Assembly (NCBI GenBank): GCA_951406725.2
Contig: OX597821.1
Location: 69,378,001-69,442,000 of the forward strand
Direction: 5' to 3'
Origin: Octopus vulgaris
Lineage: Eukaryota
DNA: 64,000 nucleotides
Shown: positions 27,508 to 40,039 of the stretch, piece by piece
Numbering within the stretch: position 1 is the stretch's first letter
How the letters are laid out: the number at the start of each line of letters is the position of its first letter
The notes under the pieces: model-generated
The model's input: only the letters and a program-made list of their open reading frames with translations
Databases searched by the model: none
Told to the model about the DNA's origin: nothing
Translations under genes and position numbers: made by a program

Positions 27508-28762
27508 TCAGGTCATTAAGAATGAAATATCTGATTCTCTTATGCACTAAGTTTGACAGACGTTAACTGTAATGTTTTATCCTAACAATTCTTTGTTTTA
27601 TAACATTTAAGAATTACATCATCACTTTTCGAAATGCAATTCATGATGTCTGATTATATTGTCTCTTGTAAATCAATTTTTTTGAAACCATGAATATATC
27701 AAAAATTCATGTTTATGAATATGAGTTCCATCATGGAACCAATGCATCTCAAACAGCTCGAAACATCAATGAGGTATTTGGTGAAGCTGTGGCGAGTGAG
27801 CGCACTATACATTGATGGTTTGAGAACTTCCAGTATGGTGACTTTACCCTCGAAAATCAACCCAATGGTAGACCTGAGACCAAGGTGGATAATGATGAGC
27901 TGGAAACTGGCGGATACATCTCAAACTACGCGTGAATTAGCAGCAAAGTTTGATGCTTTCATTCAAACTATATTGGACCATCTCAAATAAATTTGCAAGG
28001 TAAAGAAACTAGCCAAGTGGGTACCACATGAACTGAATGAGCATCAAATGACACGTCTTCAAAATTACTGTTCTTTGCTGTCATGGCATAAAAGCGAACC
28101 ATTTTTGCATCGTATTGTTATGTGTGATGAAAAATGGATTTCTTTCAACAATAGCAAGTGTTCTGCACAGTGGTTGGATAGAGACAAAGTGCCAAAATAC
28201 AGTTCAAAAAAAGAATATTCACCAAAAAAGCTAATTGTGCCTGTTTGGTGGTCCAGCACTGGTGTCCTCCACTGCAGCTTCATGAGACCTGGTTAGTCAA
28301 TTACAGCAGGCATATACATCAACCAGTACGATGAAATGATGAGTAAAATTGCAATTAAACAACAGGGATTGGTCAATAGAGACAGACCAATACCCTTGCA
28401 AGGCAATGCTCGACTACATGTTGCACAAAGAACGCTACACAAGTTACAAGAACTGAACTTGGAAGTACTCTGTCATCCACCATATTCACCAGACCTTGCA
28501 ACAACTGACTATCATGTTTTCCAGGCATTAGACAACTTTTTGCAAGGAAAAAACTTCAAAGATGTAAAAATAGCCTTTTGTGATTTCATAACCTCTTGCT
28601 CCCCAGAATTCTTCGCAGCCAGCATAAATAAGCTACCGATAAAATGGCAAAACTGAGTTGATAATTTAGGTGCATACTTTGATTAATTGTATTGCTTTTT
28701 GTTGAGATAAAGTAAAATAAGCTTTCAGTTCAAAATCAGACATTTCATTCTTAATGACCTGA
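27508..28762 (+). mobile_element. Full-length but inactivated mariner (DD34D) transposon
   Basis: 29-bp TIRs TCAGGTCATTAAGAATGAAATRTCTGATT (27508-27536 / 28734-28762, one mismatch) in TA context; motifs WVPHEL, IVMCDEKWI, QGNARLHVA (second D mutated), HPPYSPDLATTDY; stops and frameshifts. Confidence 0.92.
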
Positions 28763-28763
28763 T

Positions 28764-28826
<63 letters not shown>

Positions 28827-29231
28827 CAGGCTTCTTTCATTTTCCATCTATCAAATCCAACCACAAGGCTTTAGTAGGTCCAAGGCTGTAGTAGAACACA
28901 CTTGCCCAAGGTGCCACACAGTGGGACTGAACCCAGCATCATTTTGTTGGGAAGCAAGCTTCTTACCACATAGCCACACTTGCATCTGCTTATTTTATTC
29001 GCGTGCATTCTTACAGAAAAGACATAACAGTGAATGTGTTGTGCTATGTATCCACAAAATTTATCTTTACTATATTTTTATATCACAACACCTCTTATCT
29101 CCAAGTAATTGGTTTTAACTGGCACTAATGTTTCATATAGATTAGTCATAAACTGCTCTTAAAATGCTGGTACACAGTCAATTCTAAACTAACCACAATA
29201 TTTTTAGTAGAGATAACGATTATGTTACTTA

Positions 29232-29630
29232 ACTAAACCCTCATTTCTTATGGAGCAAAGGCCATCAACAACTTTTTTCAACTGTTCGTCATTCTGAGAT
29301 GTCTTTTCTGCTTCTCAACATTTGGATCCCTGTTTTTCCTTGCAACTTCTTTTTCAGTTTTGCTGCACCACGTCACATATTTCCCTGAGGGGAGCTCTTC
29401 CTCTCTCAGGTTTTGCAGGTTTTAAATTGTTGTCGGTGCTTCTGAAACTTTGTTTCTTAGGTAGAGGTACCCTATGCATATCCATTTTTACCTCTGTGAA
29501 GAGGTGGCCTTTATCAGCCTGGCCTCTATCCTCTGAGCTGTTTAGCATGGTTGATCCTGCTAGGAGCTTGTGCCCTGCTGGTATAGCTCTCATGGTCAGT
29601 GAGGTATGCAAGCTACGACACCACAACAAG
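29232..29630 (-). mobile_element. Internally deleted (bipartite) RTE-derived non-autonomous element
   Basis: Minus strand starts CCTTGTTGTGGTG..GCTTGCATACCTCACTGACCATGAGAGCTAT (RTE/Bov-A-like 5' UTR, from recollection) and ends GTTGATGGCCTTTGCTCCATAAGAAATGAGGG (RTE-like 3' end). Confidence 0.5.
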
Positions 29631-30692
29631 GACAGGACATCTAACTAGAAAAAGCAAAAAAACAAAAAAAAAAACTACCACTTTTGAATAAATAAATGAT
29701 GATGCAAAATAACTATTGATGCTACTAGTGAAAGTGTGTAGACTAGTGGTTAGTGTGTTTGGCTCATGCTCATGAGTTCAGTATCTGAAACAAATGATGC
29801 ATTGTATCCTTGAGCAAGGTACTTTATTTCCAGTTCTCCTTGGCTCAGTTGAACATTGGAATATCAGTCAAGAGCTGTTGCAGGTCACACTCTCGGTATC
29901 ACATCCTTGATATTCTGCTGGGGTAAGGGCAGTAGGTCGAAAGAATGTCTATGTCTGCTCACAACTACCCAGGCACCTAAACCAATTAGTGAAGGCATAC
30001 TACATGTTACGAAGGCATATTTAATTGCAAGTGATAGCTGACTGTAGAATTGTTCTATAGCTGCTGCTGATACTAATTCTCAGATATTACAACAGTCATC
30101 AGCATCATTATTATTTTTATTTGGGCAGCAAGCTGACAGAGTCATTACTGTGCTGGGCAAAATGTTTAGCTGTATCTTTTTCAGTTTTATGTCTTGAGTT
30201 CAAATTGCACCAAGGTCGACTTACTTTTCATCGTTTTGGAGCTGATAAAATAAGTAGTAGTTGAGCACTGGGCTCAAAGTAATCAAACACATTTCAGGAT
30301 TTATGCAGAAATTGTTAGTTGCAGTATTTGTTCTGACCAATTACATTCTGAGTTCAAATTCTGTTGAGATCAACTTTGCCTTTTATCCATTTGGGGATCA
30401 ATAAAATATGTACTAGACGAGTCTGGGGTTGATGTAATTGGCTCCCCACCATACACATCTTAAAAACTCAAGGCCTTGTTCCTATAGGAGAAATGATTTA
30501 TTTGTATCTCAATTTAGGTGGATTAGCTCTTGGATAACAAGTCACCACTTGTCACCTCAACCATCCCAGAACTTTCAAATGATCTTCACTGGTCCTAACA
30601 AGCAGACCAGTTGTATGTATTCTATGTGCTTCTGCAAGCCAATCTTTTCCGTTCACTCCTTGAGCCTCTTCCTCTTACCCTAACTCTAACCA

Positions 30693-30872
30693 CTAAATCT
30701 AAAATAGATTGAAATGCAATAGATCGATACTAGGGCCATAATTATGGGTGACATTTTCATTTGACACCGCTAGAAAAAAATCCCATTTTCCGTAGCGGTG
30801 TCAAATGAAAATGTCACCCATAATTATGGCCCTAGTATCGATCTATTGCATTTCAATCTATTTTAGATTTAG
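30693..30872. repeat. Perfect 80-bp inverted repeat with 20-nt spacer, flanked by telomere-like TTAGGG units
   Basis: Arms 30693-30772 and 30793-30872 are exact reverse complements; CCCTAA-like units on the left, TTAGGGTTAGGGTTAGGG on the right. Confidence 0.92.
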
Positions 30873-31064
30873 GGTTAGGGTTAGGGGTTGGGGAAGGGTA
30901 TCTTTTTTTCTTCACAAATGTAAATAAACCCAATCTGTTTCTTAAACGAGGGACATATTCATACAGCACGGAATGTTGTTTACGTCGATGGAGGTAATCG
31001 ATTGGTTAAAATTGCTGAAACGTTCGAAATTTCAACCGAAATATCTTACAAACTATATATTGAT

Positions 31065-31540
31065 GACATCACCGCATGACTGGCATCCGTGCTAGTGGAG
31101 CGCTAAGAGCACTATCCAAGTGTGATCGTTGACAGGGCCGCTGACTGGCTCCCGTGATGGTGGCACGTAAAAAGTACCATTCGAGCGTGATTGTTACCAG
31201 CGTGTCCTTACTGGTACTTGTGCCGGTGGCACGTGAAAAACAATATTTGAGCGAGGTCATTGCCAGTGTCGCTGGGCTGGCTCCTGTGCTGGTGGCACGT
31301 AAAAAACACCATTTGAGCTTGGCCGTTGCCATTGCCAGTACCACCTGACCTGCCCTCGTGCCGGTGGCACGTAAAAGCACCCACTACAGTCTTGGAGTTG
31401 TTGGTGCTAGGAAGGGCATCCAGCTGTAGAAACTCTGCCAGATCAGATTGGAACCTGGTGCAGCCATCTGGCTTGCCAGTCCTCAGTCAAATCGTCCAAC
31501 CCATGCCAGCATAGAAAGCAGACATTAAATGATGACGATG
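31065..31540 (+). mobile_element. (GAT)n-tailed SINE-like repeat
   Basis: Homologous to 21350-21836. Confidence 0.75.
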
Positions 31541-31603
<63 letters not shown>

Positions 31604-32070
31604 CTCCTTGCTTATCAAGTTGTCCTTTTATTATATCTTTTCTTTACAGATGTTTGGATACACCATTTGGTCTGTTCCACAGCAGCAGTCTTGGATCCTC
31701 TCCGTTGTTCCGGGTAACATTGAAGTGGCAATGTGGAAGGTGGAGACTGGATCCAAACAGAAGGCCCTCTTGGCTTGTAATTCTCCTGCTCTTTCTCACA
31801 GAGACGTACATAACAACACCAACAGCATGAAATTATAACTGTTTCTTCTACCACTAGTCTTGTATATGATCTTCAGATTTTGAGTGTCATGGAGACAATG
31901 ACAAGTAATGGAGGCCTTTAGCGATTTGCTGTGCTTGAGAAAACACATCCAACCAAGTGAAATCCTAGCTGTGGTCAGTGCTGGTGACATGTAACAGTCA
32001 CCAACAATGTTAACATTAAACAATGTTAACATTAATACAAATGCAGGTATAATCATAATTTTTATTATTA

Positions 32071-32540
32071 TGATGGTCAGCTGAAATGTTCATAGGCTGA
32101 GCAAGACACTCTCATGGAATGTGACCAAATGAAGTTCATTTTTTGACATAGTTCCCTTTACTGTCCATCAGTACTTGGATGGCACCGGTGAAGAAGCTCT
32201 CCTGTTGGTCAAAATAGTCATCAACAGCAGATGACATCATTATCACAGTGATACCGGTGCCCAGATGAGTGTTTTTCATGTTGAGAAACAGATGATAATT
32301 AGATGGAACCAAATCACTAAAATAGGGAGGCTTAACAAACACTTCAAAGCCAGTCACACACAGTAGCCATTGAAACCAAGGACTTGTGTGCTGAAGCATT
32401 GTCCTAATGAAACAAGACCTCTCCCCATTCATCGGTTTTTCTGGGTGCCTTGGTCTTGATAGTTTTTTGCAACTGCTTTAGCAAGTTTGCATTGAACTTC
32501 TCATTGTTGGTGTGATCATTTTGAAAATAGTCAATTAACA
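32071..32540 (-). mobile_element. Old mariner remnant (3' half)
   Basis: Minus-strand KPPYFSDLVPSNYHLFLNMK (degenerate HPPYSPDLAPSDYHLF); TA|TGATGGTCAGCTGAAATGTTC TIR-like end. Confidence 0.65.
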
Positions 32541-33313
32541 CTATATTTTGCATGAATATATACTATATATAATAATGTGAAGTATATTTTGTATATTAAA
32601 TTTCGGAAATTTATCAAGTGAAGCAAACATATGTAGTAAAAATACAAGTTACAATTATTTCAAAATGTGGTACACTACATGACGAAAACTGACAAAAGAG
32701 ACAGAAAACAGTGGTGCTTGTCTTCCAAAGGTATGATGAGAAGACCCAGGAGAAGGATAGGAAAATGGGACAAAAAGGAAGAAAGATAGAAGGAAAGAAA
32801 AGAAAAGAATGAAAAGTGAAAAGATAAACTGGGGGTCTGAAGTGAATTCTAGGCAGGAGATGAAACAAAATATGTCTTACTTATGCACTGGTCAAGTACA
32901 AAAAAGATGAGTGATAAAAGATTGGATGGTCTTTTAGTATCAAATAGTGAAGAAAGAGAGAGAGGGTGGGATAGAGTAGGTAGGGTAAGAGAAAATAGAA
33001 TGAAAGAGGGAATGTGGAGAAAAAAGGGAATAAAGATAGACCGTAGGTAGTTCACAGATGGATAGAGGAAGAAATGGAAGGTAGTAAAGAGAGAAAGACA
33101 GCAGATAGGTAGAGAGACAGTTTGAAATAGATGGGGAAGATTTTGTGCACAAGAGGGGAAGGATAGAGAGATGGATAGAAAAGAGAGAAAATCTCGCACC
33201 AAATATTGAACATTGTGTGGGGTGACAGTGAGTGGGAACAGAAATGGGGTGTGTGACATTACATTGACTAATAACCGTAAAATGTTGTACAGAAAGTTGA
33301 CGTACACACACAC

Positions 33314-33600
33314 ATATATATAAAACTGAGAAAGTGTCTGTCTGTATGTGAGCATCACTAAATCTCGAGAATTACCCAAACGGTTTCATCCAAATTTTAC
33401 ACTTGTCTTACTTAGGATCGATGGCGTGTCATGAGCCCAAAAACTTTTCAACTTCTAGCCTAATGCGAGCCCGGAGTAATCTCTTATCTCTTTCACTGTT
33501 TCGGTATTACGTGTCAAAAGTGAAAAAATAATGTAATGTGATAATAAAATAATGCAATGTGATTCACTATTATATGGTTTCAATTTCAATTACTTTCACT
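33314..33600 (+). mobile_element. Probable non-autonomous Helitron 5' fragment
   Basis: TATATATAAAACTGAGAAAGTGTCTGTCTG...CGGTTTCATCCAAATTTTACAC; same layout as the 5' end of the element at 62151-62534. Confidence 0.45.
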
Positions 33601-33677
33601 AGGTATATATATATGTATATAGAGTATATGTATATTATATATATATGTCTGTATGTACGTGTATATATGTATATATG

Positions 33678-33728
<51 letters not shown>

Positions 33729-33732
<4 letters not shown>

Positions 33733-35130
33733 CCTTTGCATTTGATTTTTTGATGTCTTTACCCCCAAACTTTCGTGAGTTGAGTTGAGCAAACACTATA
33801 CGAGAGAGGTTTTCTTTAAGTATTAGAAATAATTTTAAAAAAGTTTTTTAGCTGCTATTTCTAATGAGTTCAGTATGCGGTAAAGTAATTTATTTTACTA
33901 AGCCCTTTTATATAATGTAATAATTTGAATTCGCCTTAAATGGTCCCTTTGCATACTGAACACTTGGTGAAATTGATTAATAATTAATTAATTTTACCCT
34001 CAATTGTTGAAATTATAATTAATCTCCCTCTAATTAATGCTTCGGATTTTACCGAAATAAGCATAGTGTTTGCTGATTTTAACCCACGCTGGTGGAAAGG
34101 GGAGAACAGAAATTCTTCGCTTGCATATTTGGGTTTGTTGGCACTGTTAGTTACGAGCAGATCTTCGAAAGCGATGAGAAGCCGAAAGGGTATGCTCTCA
34201 CTTTCAGTGTTTTCAAATCCAAACCAAGGAGTTTCTGAGCTGATGATAGAAGTGTCGTGTTGACTAATCTTGAAACGTACGTTCTCAAATAACCTTTGCA
34301 TTTGATTTTTTGATGTCTTTACCCCCAAACTTTCGTGAGTTGAGTTGAGCAAACACTATACGAGAGAGGTTTTCTTTAAGTATTAGAAATAGTTTTAAAA
34401 AAGTTTTTTAGCTGCTATTTCTAATGAGTTCAGTATGCGGTAAAGTAATTTATTTTACTAAGCCCTTTTATATAATGTAATAATTTGAATTCGCCTTAAA
34501 TGGTCCCTTTGCATACTGAACACTTGGTGAAATTGATTAATAATTAATTAATTTTACCCTCAATTGTTGAAATTATAATTAATCTCCCTCTAATTAATGC
34601 TTCGGATTTTACCGAAATAAGCATAGTGTTTGCTGATTTTAACCCACGCTGGTGGAAAGGGGAGAACAGAAATTCTTCGCTTGCATATTTGGGTTTGTTG
34701 GCACTGTTAGTTACGAGCAGATCTTCGAAAGCGATGAGAAGCCGAAAGGGTATGCTCTCACTTTCAGTGTTTTCAAATCCAAACCAAGGAGTTTCTGAGC
34801 TGATGATAGAAGTGTCGTGTTGACTAATCTTGAAACGTACGTTCTCAAATAACCTTTGCATTTGATTTTTTGATGTCTTTACCCCCCAAACTTTCGTGAG
34901 TTGAGTTGAGCAAACACTATACGAGAGAGGTTTTCTTTAAGTATTAGAAATAGTTTTAAAAAAATTTTTTAGCTGCTATTTCTAATGAGTTCAGTATGCG
35001 GTAAAGTAATTTATTTTACTAAGCCCTTTTATATAATGTAATAATTTGAATTCGCCTTAAATGGTCCCTTTGCATACTGAACACTTGGTGAAATTGATTA
35101 ATAATTAATTAATTTTACCCTCAATTGTTG

Positions 35131-35138
<8 letters not shown>
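33729..35138 (+). mobile_element. Tandem array of 560-bp units (2.5 copies), one hammerhead per complete unit; retrozyme-like
   Basis: Near-identical units starting 33731, 34291, 34851; (TA)n on both sides; hammerheads at 34236-34287 and 34796-34847. Confidence 0.85.
34236..34287 (+). ncRNA. Type I minimal hammerhead ribozyme (copy 1; copy 2 at 34796-34847)
   Basis: TGAG-CTGATGA-T[AGA..GTC GTGTT GAC..TCT]T-GAAA-C(GTAC)G-TT/CTCA: 4-bp stem I, palindromic stem-III loop, GUU site after 34283. Confidence 0.78.
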
Positions 35139-35176
<38 letters not shown>

Positions 35177-35179
35177 TAC

Positions 35180-35228
<49 letters not shown>

Positions 35229-35229
35229 G

Positions 35230-35281
<52 letters not shown>

Positions 35282-35565
35282 TATACATATATATATGCAT
35301 ATATTTATATCTTTGTGTGTATATATATATATATAGCTGTATGTGTGTGTATGATTGAGAAGTCATGACAACTTGATTGAGAAGACCCGGTATAAACTTG
35401 ATGATGGATTCAGCCGATAGCTGTACTCTTTCTGTATCCGACATCAGCTGTTCGACATAGGCTATCAGCCCCCTCTCAATTCCACACACTGGAATGAATG
35501 GCTGTGGGCATAAGGGGGGACGTGGGATGATGCCAAAATCGTGCCTTGACAGCTGTCTCGAACTG

Positions 35566-37300
35566 GTAATGGTTTTATCCCTGAATGTTAGATCCAGTAC
35601 GACCAACTCACCTTCTGAGTCCACAAAGATTGTACGTATCTGCAGAGCCAAGCTTTTTCGGAGCAAAACCACAACGCCTCCACCCCCCCGGTCTGTCTAG
35701 GAGACATGATTTTCTTATAGCCATTCAGGAGAGTCGAGAAGGCATGTAGCTTGTCAAACTCGGTCTCTGTAGCCACCATTACATCTATACTATGTAACCT
35801 GAGGTCGTTGGGGAAACAAGTTTGCTTCCACTTCGAGCTCAGATCACGCACATTCACACAACCTATGCTGAATGTAGCCATATCAAAAAAAGGTAAAAAA
35901 AAAGAAAAATTGGGCTTACCTGCCCTTTTCGTCTGTAGAGGGGAATTGATCTCAGTACTACTGGGATATACTCCCCTTCTCCCTTCCTCTCTTCCATGTT
36001 TGGCTCAACCGGCGGGTTAAATATTTTTGGGAGTGTCTTAAGCTCTGTAATATCTCTAGGCTGTCTTGTCTTTAATTCTATATAAAATTTATATGAAATA
36101 TTTCCAATCGTGTTGGTATTTTTCTCATTGTCCTGATAGAAAACTTTGGATTGGAGGTGGGGCCTAATCACCCCTTCCAAATAACGGTTGGTGTTTTTAT
36201 ACACCACCATAACTGTGTCTGGTTTATAATTTTTCCTCCAGGTTTTGCATCTTGAATTCCTTTTTCCCCCCTTTTTCATCTCTTTATTTTTGTCACTGGG
36301 TATCTCTGGGGACTGCTCCAACTTTGTTTAATCCTTTTTTACATGTTTTATTTTCGGAGTCGCCTCTTGTGACTTGGTTGGCGACTCCGTCTGTCTCTTC
36401 GTTCTTTTACGAGGCACCGTCTGAAAATCCATGTTTTCTCTATGCCCTTTACTGGCTCCTTTTTTTCATCCGCCTCTTTCGACTTTTTCTCGTTGGTGGT
36501 CGCCCTCTGAGTAATGGCCTCCTTCACCAGGACTGCCGCATCTTTTTCCTCTTTATGGGTCTTTTCCTCTTCGGTCTCCTCCTGGGGAGGCAAGCGCTTG
36601 GACCTCGGGTGCCGCTTCTTCCCGCACCTGAAGCATTGAGGCTTCTTCCCCTCCACATTCACTATTAACACTGTCTTCTCCCCAACATGGATCTTGTCCG
36701 GGAGACTTCCAAGGTTGTTGGAAGTGGCTTGCGCCAGTATTTCCAGAGTCTGCCCCTTCTGTGGGGCATATTTGGAAATCTGGATGAAGTTAATTTTATC
36801 CCCTCTTTGAAATAACAACGTGGCCACAACTCAAGCGACCTCTATTTCTGATGGATGTGCTTGATTCAAATCCGGGAAGTTCTGAGTCCCAGATACAATA
36901 GCAGAAGTGAGATTTGCTCGTTTTGCAAGATTGGAGTCAAATACTTACGAGCCTTCTCTGCCTACTCGAACCTTACCTCCACCGTTGCGTCCCTGGTGCC
37001 TTGGTCCAGATACATGATTTACTTCATCACCGGACCGAGGCATATTTCGATAGGTCCTTCTTCAAAGAATTCCAGTTTTTTTATTTACTATGTCATATGT
37101 TTTGTAGATTATGGTTTTCTCTTTTTTGTTGTTGTTGATAATTCTACTTGGGATGGGGGGGGGAGCAACTTTACTTCCTCTATCCCGTCTTCTGTTATCA
37201 TTCAAAGAATGACTGAATTTCTGCCTTTTCAAGCGAAATGATTTCCTGTTGCCCTCCCACAACGGAGGCAAATTTTTTTATACACTGGCGTTCTAAAGAA
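35566..37300 (-). mobile_element. 5' part of an L1/Tx1-like LINE (ORF1 with zinc knuckle, start of AP endonuclease), decayed
   Basis: VEGKKPQCFRCGKKRH (CCHC-like); IGCVNVRDL...IDVMVATET...GGV..LLRKSL...[11 protein letters not shown] (APE N-terminal motifs) across frameshifts. Confidence 0.7.
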
Positions 37301-37643
37301 GACATTTTGTTTTTTTTTTAAACAAAAGTTCTAACACAGGAGCAAAAATAGTCACACACAAAGTTGAAAATCTTTCCCTCTTAGGGAAGGATAACAATTC
37401 AACAAATGAAAAAACCTTTCAACAACGTTTCCCATACGGGAAACCAACAGAAAGCAAAACCTGCAATCAGGTAACAAGATTTAACAAACAAACCTTACGG
37501 TTGCAACGGTGTGACTGATAAAGCCACTTGCCAAAGACAGAGATGATTTAACAACGGTAAAAATAAAATCTATGTTAATTTATTGATGCATTTGGAAAAG
37601 TCTATGTTTGTATTATCAGACAATTGCCAAAAATGTCTAAAAA

Positions 37644-37723
37644 TTCAGAACTCTGCAAAAATCATGTTCAAATTCTTCATAGTTAAAAACGTTGCCTATT
37701 TTTTTACTTAACCTGGTATATAT

Positions 37724-37764
<41 letters not shown>

Positions 37765-37842
37765 CATATATACCAGGTTAAGTAAAAAGTAAGCAACGTT
37801 TTTAACCATGAAGAATTTGTACCGGCTTTTTGCAGAGTTCTG

Positions 37843-37844
<2 letters not shown>
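37644..37844. repeat. Imperfect ~83-bp inverted repeat centred on (TA)n
   Basis: Arms 37644-37726 and 37763-37844 (TTCAGAACTCTGCAAAAA...ACTTAACCTGGTATATATGGT and its reverse complement). Confidence 0.88.
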
Positions 37845-37913
<69 letters not shown>

Positions 37914-38247
37914 AAGCAAAAAGCCAGTTCTAGAATTTCTTATTTCTCTTAGAGATGAAGACAGTAGTTGTATTAGCAAGTAATGTTCATAGTCACTTCA
38001 ACATGGCTGCTCCGTTCGAACGGACTTTGCTGCAATTTTTAATCCCAAGAGGACATCTCCTGTAGTTGGTTATCGATGCACAGCTGCATATATTGCAAAC
38101 AGTAGAGCGTGAACCCCTACCTCCTTTTAGCGACGGAATCAGCAGACCTGTCTCATTTCGGGCTATTTCTGCCTCTCTTTAGTACTGGATACCACGTCTG
38201 TTAGAGATGCCAGTAGCTCGCTTCTGCTCGCAATATATATAAATTCA

Positions 38248-39096
38248 AGACGGCGAGCTGGCAGAAACGTTAGCACGCCGGGCGAAATGCTTAGTGGTAT
38301 TTCGTCTGCCGTTACATTCTGAGTTCAAATTCCGCCGAGGTCGACTTTGCCTTTTATCCTTTCGGGGTCGATAAATTAAGTGCCAGTTACGCACTGGGGT
38401 CGATGTAATCGACTTAATCCGTTTCTCTGCCCTTGTTTGTCCCCTCTGTGTTTAGCCCCTAGTGGGTAGTAAAGGAAAAAGTATTTCGTCTGCCGTTACG
38501 TTCTGAGTTCAAATTCCGTCGAGGTCGACTTTGCCTTTCATCCTTTTGGGGTCAATAAATTAAGTACCAGTTACGCACTGGGGTCGATGTAATCGATTTA
38601 ATCCCTTTGTCTGACCTTGTTTGTCCCCTCTATGTTAAACCCCTTGTGAGCAATAAAGAAATAAGAAACGTTAGCACGCCAGGCAAAATGCTTAGCGGTA
38701 TTTCGTCTGTCTTTACGTTGTGAGTTCAAAATCCGCCGTGGTCGACTTTGCCTTTCATCTTGTCGGGGTCGAGAAATTAAGTATCAGTTGCATACTGAGG
38801 TCGATCTAATCGACTTTCCCCACCACCGCCAAAAAATTCAGGCCCTGTGCTTAGAGTAGAAAAGATTATTCTCTTTGCATTTTAAGGCAGCGAGCTGGCA
38901 GAAACGTTAGCATGCCGGGTGAAATGCTTAGCAGTATTTCGTCTGTCGACGTTCTGAGTTCGAATTCTGCCGAGGTCGACTTTGCCTTTCGTCCTTTCGA
39001 GGTCGATAAATTAAGTACCAGTTGCGTACTAGGGTCGATCTAATCGACTGGCCTCCTCCCTCAAAATTTCGGGCATTGTACCTAGAGTAGAAAAGA
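38248..39096 (+). mobile_element. Head-to-tail cluster of four SINE family 1 copies
   Basis: Copies at about 38248-38480, 38481-38660 (5'-truncated), 38665-38866 and 38884-39096; two different 3' tails. Confidence 0.85.
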
Positions 39097-40039
39097 ATAT
39101 ATATATAAATTCAAGCAACACACAGTCACTAATCTTGCAACAAGCAATACATACATACATACATACATACATACATACATACATACATACATACATACAT
39201 ACATACATACATACATGCAAGCATGCCTGCATACATACATACACGCACACACACACTCACACATACACATACACTCGCCCCTCTCTCTCTCACGCACACA
39301 TGATGGACTCTCACGTCGATGACAACGTATGCGGTTTAAACCTATTCCGAACAATCTGTACAAATGATTTGCACACTATGTCACTCTCTACATTAAATCG
39401 ACATTCACTGTCCCACACGTCAGGGGTCGGAGAGATCGCAGAACAACGTGAAGTTAAGTAGTTTGCTCAAGAACACAACGCACCACCTAGTCTGGGAACT
39501 GAAATACGATTGCTAGGTCGTGGGTGCTACACCCGGTTGGATTTGTAATAATTTTCTTCGACCCCTTTAATTCACGATATCGTTTCTATTCTGTGTAAGT
39601 CCGACCTTTTTGTATATAAACATATAGATGGTCATGGTCTCACGAGGTGAAACCATTTAATAATGACTCCGTTCAGAAGGCTGTAACATGTCATTCGATA
39701 AGGGAACACTGTACATTGAATTCATAGAACCATGCTGTAACTTTTGAATAACTCACAAATATATGCAAGTTGAATAATCATAGAAAGTGTTTACAAGTGA
39801 AGGCCATGTTCATCTTCTGTGTATTACCTCATACTTGCTCGATGTCTGCTTGCTGCCGCGTGTCATGTCCTCACTCTCTGGCGTCACGGTGACAAAGAGA
39901 AAGGGCTAAGTGTTGGAACCTTAGCGTTACGTGTACCACCTAGTGGCGAGGTCAACGCAACAACGTGCTTATTCGGAATAAGTTGTTACCGAAATGCAAT
40001 TCGAAAAAGCCCGCTATTTACATAGATATATAAAGGGTG

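Noticed and set aside
33984-34352. 105-122-aa antisense ORF in the 560-bp unit as a protein encoded by the circular RNA
   Set aside because: No recognisable motif; it recurs only because the units are near-identical.
35395-35460. TTGATGA-TGGAT..ATCC-GACA-TCAGCTG-TT hammerhead-like string
   Set aside because: Two core mismatches and no stem I.
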